DNA of 27,793 bases, from IMG/VR virus record IMGVR_UViG_3300030116_001948, positions 62,001-89,793 of that record; one strand, written 5' to 3'. Shown in pieces: positions 24,727-27,793 of this stretch. Both the position numbers and the translations under genes were made by a program. The stretch is from an uncultured virus (IMG/VR IMGVR_UViG_3300030116_001948). Lineage: Duplodnaviria > Heunggongvirae > Uroviricota > Caudoviricetes. How positions within the stretch are numbered: the first letter of the stretch is position 1; each line of letters begins with the position of its first letter. The notes below the pieces were generated by a model. The model saw only the letters and a program-made list of their open reading frames with translations, did no database searches and was not told the origin of the DNA.

Positions 24727-27646
24727 TTAACTTCTCCTTAAGATCGTTTATTTGTTGTTGTTGTTCTTGCACTGCTTTTATTAATACTGAAGTTAGTTTA
24801 GCATAGTCTACAGTCTTATGAGTATCTTCACTATTTAATGTATCTACTTCTACTACCACTTCAGGTATAATCTTTTCTATCTCTTGTGCTATCACACCAA
24901 TATCATGTTTTCCATCTCTTTTATCTATCCAATCAAATGATACTGGTCTAATATCTAACACATCTTTTAATCCATAATTTAAATCTTTTACATTTTCTTT
25001 TAATCTAGCATCTGATGCAATGGTAGTTGAGTATGCCACTACATCACCATCAAACAATCCATTACCATTTTCATCTACTCTCATACAAACATCAGTCATA
25101 GGGGCTGTTGCTGAATTATCTATATCCCCAGTAACCAAATTATCTCTACCCCAAAATAAATATTTATCACTATTTATTAACATACCATGAGTAGTAGTAC
25201 TATTACCACTTGCTTTTAGATATACATAATCACCCAAGTTGCTTGCATAGGCATTATATATAACATCGTGCGTTTGTTGTCCACTGGTCCAAGTACCTAC
25301 ATATCTTCTTAAAGTAGTACCATTACTATTTACTTGATATTCGCTAGTTACCCTGTGTTGTCCACTAGTTAAAGCTCCACTTGCGTCTACTCTAAATTCT
25401 TCATTGTTATTTACAATAACTCTTGTATAACTACCTGTTATGTCTATTCTATGGGCACTACTATTAGCTCTTCTTAAAACTAAATCTTCGTCATAAGATT
25501 GAACAATACCTTCGTCAACCGTAATTCTTTTGTTAAAATAAAAACTTGCTCTATCAGTATTTATATGACCCCAACCACTATTTTGTGGACCAAATTCTAT
25601 ATGTCCATGGTCAGTTAAAAATCTATGTGTTGTTCCATGAGCATGATGATAAAAAGCGTGAGTATCATTTACATATAATTCTAAATAATCACTTGTATCG
25701 CCATTTTGATATAATCTTAAATAATTGTTACTTTGTAATTGCATAGCAAGACTTTCTGTACCGCCTTGTCTTGTCCAAAATCTTAAATGTCCAGCTCTAT
25801 TAGCTTGACTACCATCTGTTAAGTAAGATGATATTCTTGCTACACTATTTGTACCGCTTTGACTATGTCCAAATGTTAAACTTGAACCACTACCAGCACT
25901 TGTAGCTGTATTTCTAAGTTCTAACTCAGGATTAGAGTTATATCCTAATTTTGCACTACCAGTTTCAGACATTAAGAATAATACTTTACTTGTTGTTCTA
26001 TTGTAAAAATATAATTGAGAACTATCTTGTTCTATACTTACTACATCAGCACCACTTCTGGAAAACCTTAACATTTGGTCTCCATTACCTTCTAAATATA
26101 AAACATCTTGAACTCTAGCATCGCCTGCAACATCTAATTTGTAACTTGGTGATGCAGTATTAATTCCGACATTTTGCCCACTTTCCTCGTTTATAGCTAA
26201 TGAACCTCTTAATGAGTTCATTCTCACATTGCCATCATAATGTTCAATTCTAAATTGTTCTGGATTACCTGTTGCAGAAGAATTTTGAGTACTTAAAATA
26301 TAAGAATGATCATAACCTCTTATACGCATAGCAATAGGATTACCACTTGATGTACTTTCGGTAATATTAAATCTACCGCCTAACCCACTTCCGTTAATAG
26401 CAACTATATCTGCAGAAGCATCTACAAATAACATTTTATCTCTACCGTCAGACTCTACTCTGAAATCTGTATTTAATTGAGAGTCGTTAACTACTACTTC
26501 TCCGTTACCTTCGTGAAGTCTAAGCATATTTCTACCACCAATATAAAACATTACATTATCAGCAGATTCTTCCCAAATATAACTATTACCTCCTCCGTCT
26601 AAAAATAGTTTCTTACCAGCTTTTACCCTTGTGTCTTGTAATAAATCTATAGCAGTAGCACCACCATCAATAACCATATAATTAGTAGTTCCACCACTAC
26701 CATTATCTGATTTAAATATAATATCGCCATCGTCTTGATTGTTAATGATATTAAATTGTCCAGTATAATTATCAATATAAGTATTACTTCCGTCGTGGTT
26801 TATTTGTAAATCTTGACCAGCACCTATTGCTAGTCTTTGATTGTCATAAGGCAATTTGACTCTTGCATTATCACTTGCATCAATGCTAATAGCAGTTTTA
26901 TTTGTTCCACCATCATTAACTCTTAATAGTAAATCGCCATCTTGTACATTGTTAGCTAAATATAAATTTGTACCACTATCTTTTTCTATAAAACTATCTG
27001 CTGTACTATTTACGTTAATAACTGCATTTGTTCCACCAGTAAGTGTTAGTTGTCCTCCACCGCCTATTGTTAGATTGTTGCTTGAGTTAATAGTAACATT
27101 AGATTCACCTCTAATGGTTGTAGAAGAATTACCAGTAACAATTCTATCATTAGCCATATTAGAAATAGTTGGTATTGTATTTCCTTTATAAGAAATACTT
27201 GAACTATTAAAAGCTAATAGATTGGTAAAACTTCCACCAGTTTTATATCTAAATTTAAATTCAGATTGGTCACTATCATTGTCATTATCGAGGTCAACAT
27301 ACAATCCAAAATCATCTAAATGTAAATCGACAATATCATCTCCATCAGTAGAACCAGAATTTCTTTTTATTCTAAGTTTACCTCCACCTGTACCAGATAA
27401 GATGTGTACGCCACCATTTAATGTTAGTAGTCCAGTTGCTGTATCTGCAGCATCACTTCTAAGAAATGAGGTAGAGTTAATACCGTCTAAAGTATCAGCA
27501 TCTCCACCACCACCAACAGCAGTTATGGTGCTACCTACTTTAGTATATAGTTGATTATTAGTATAATCATATACTAATTCGTATTCATCTATACTACCTG
27601 AAACAGGTGCACCATCACCTCTTTTTATTAATAACTTACTAGCCAT
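24719..27646 (-). CDS. Tail fibre with C-terminal peptidase S74 intramolecular chaperone
   Basis: C-terminal SDARLKENVKDL...IRPVSFDW...GVIAQEIE...VDYAKL plus coiled coil (24719-25015). Typical fibre motifs are DADTLDG...FLRSD and NVGINTASPSYKLDV. N-terminal IKRG..P...EL attachment motif. Confidence 0.92.
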   Translation of the reverse strand: MASKLLIKRGDGAPVSGSIDEYELVYDYTNNQLYTKVGSTITAVGGGGDADTLDGINSTSFLRSDAADTATGLLTLNGGVHILSGTGGGKLRIKRNSGSTDGDDIVDLHLDDFGLYVDLDNDNDSDQSEFKFRYKTGGSFTNLLAFNSSSISYKGNTIPTISNMANDRIVTGNSSTTIRGESNVTINSSNNLTIGGGGQLTLTGGTNAVINVNSTADSFIEKDSGTNLYLANNVQDGDLLLRVNDGGTNKTAISIDASDNARVKLPYDNQRLAIGAGQDLQINHDGSNTYIDNYTGQFNIINNQDDGDIIFKSDNGSGGTTNYMVIDGGATAIDLLQDTRVKAGKKLFLDGGGNSYIWEESADNVMFYIGGRNMLRLHEGNGEVVVNDSQLNTDFRVESDGRDKMLFVDASADIVAINGSGLGGRFNITESTSSGNPIAMRIRGYDHSYILSTQNSSATGNPEQFRIEHYDGNVRMNSLRGSLAINEESGQNVGINTASPSYKLDVAGDARVQDVLYLEGNGDQMLRFSRSGADVVSIEQDSSQLYFYNRTTSKVLFLMSETGSAKLGYNSNPELELRNTATSAGSGSSLTFGHSQSGTNSVARISSYLTDGSQANRAGHLRFWTRQGGTESLAMQLQSNNYLRLYQNGDTSDYLELYVNDTHAFYHHAHGTTHRFLTDHGHIEFGPQNSGWGHINTDRASFYFNKRITVDEGIVQSYDEDLVLRRANSSAHRIDITGSYTRVIVNNNEEFRVDASGALTSGQHRVTSEYQVNSNGTTLRRYVGTWTSGQQTHDVIYNAYASNLGDYVYLKASGNSTTTHGMLINSDKYLFWGRDNLVTGDIDNSATAPMTDVCMRVDENGNGLFDGDVVAYSTTIASDARLKENVKDLNYGLKDVLDIRPVSFDWIDKRDGKHDIGVIAQEIEKIIPEVVVEVDTLNSEDTHKTVDYAKLTSVLIKAVQEQQQQINDLKEKLNG

Positions 27647-27655
27647 TATAATCTA

Positions 27656-27793
27656 TTAGTTAGCGTATGTTCCTAGATCTATTGTAACATTTGTCATGGT
27701 AGAATTATCTATATTAGCTACTAAAGCTCCTTTAGTAAATCCACTCATATTACCAGTGCTAGAAGCTGTTGCTGTTGTAGTTCCTAAAGTCCA
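27656..27793 (-). CDS. 3' end of an upstream tail/fibre protein (partial)
   Basis: Open frame WTLGTTTATASSTGNMSGFTKGALVANIDNSTMTNVTIDLGTYAN* runs in from the window edge. The terminal D-x-G-T-Y/F motif is common in tail proteins. Confidence 0.7.
   Translation of the reverse strand, partial: WTLGTTTATASSTGNMSGFTKGALVANIDNSTMTNVTIDLGTYAN

Noticed and set aside
4636..27646. Stop-codon reassignment as in some crAss-like phages
   Set aside because: The standard code gives dense, uninterrupted genes. TAA, TAG and TGA all terminate genes at tight gene junctions.
1..27793. CRISPR array, integrase, transposase, intron/intein or diversity-generating retroelement
   Set aside because: I saw no spaced repeats, recombinase or RT motifs, or interrupted genes.

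Overview
This AT-rich window is a fragment of a tailed dsDNA bacteriophage genome, podovirus-like in layout and read in the standard genetic code. It has two convergent modules. The plus strand (161-4611) is a compact recombination/replication module: a probable single-strand annealing protein, an SSB, a fused AEP primase / four-Cys domain / SF4 helicase, a PD-(D/E)xK resolvase-like nuclease and small ORFs. The minus strand (27793 to 4636) is a tightly coupled late/structural operon. In order it encodes tail fibre(s) with an S74 chaperone, small membrane/secreted proteins (including a CxxC-less thioredoxin fold), a metallophosphoesterase, a tail nozzle/stabilisation protein, six tiny very basic proteins, a T4-type lysozyme, probable ejection proteins and a 3444-aa giant protein. 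The most notable signal is in the giant protein. It carries ordered two-barrel RNA polymerase-like motifs (TDG, two Lys, R-S-P, GADKDID) between ejection-protein-like ends, which suggests a virion-packaged RNAP similar to those of crAss-like phages. It has an unusual D-K-D-I-D catalytic loop, and the phage uses strong Shine-Dalgarno sites. Other highlights are a branched candidate structured RNA at 4343-4463, two long hairpins in the leader of the first gene, and an exact 20-nt leader repeat. All family assignments come from reading motifs by eye. No database searches were run.
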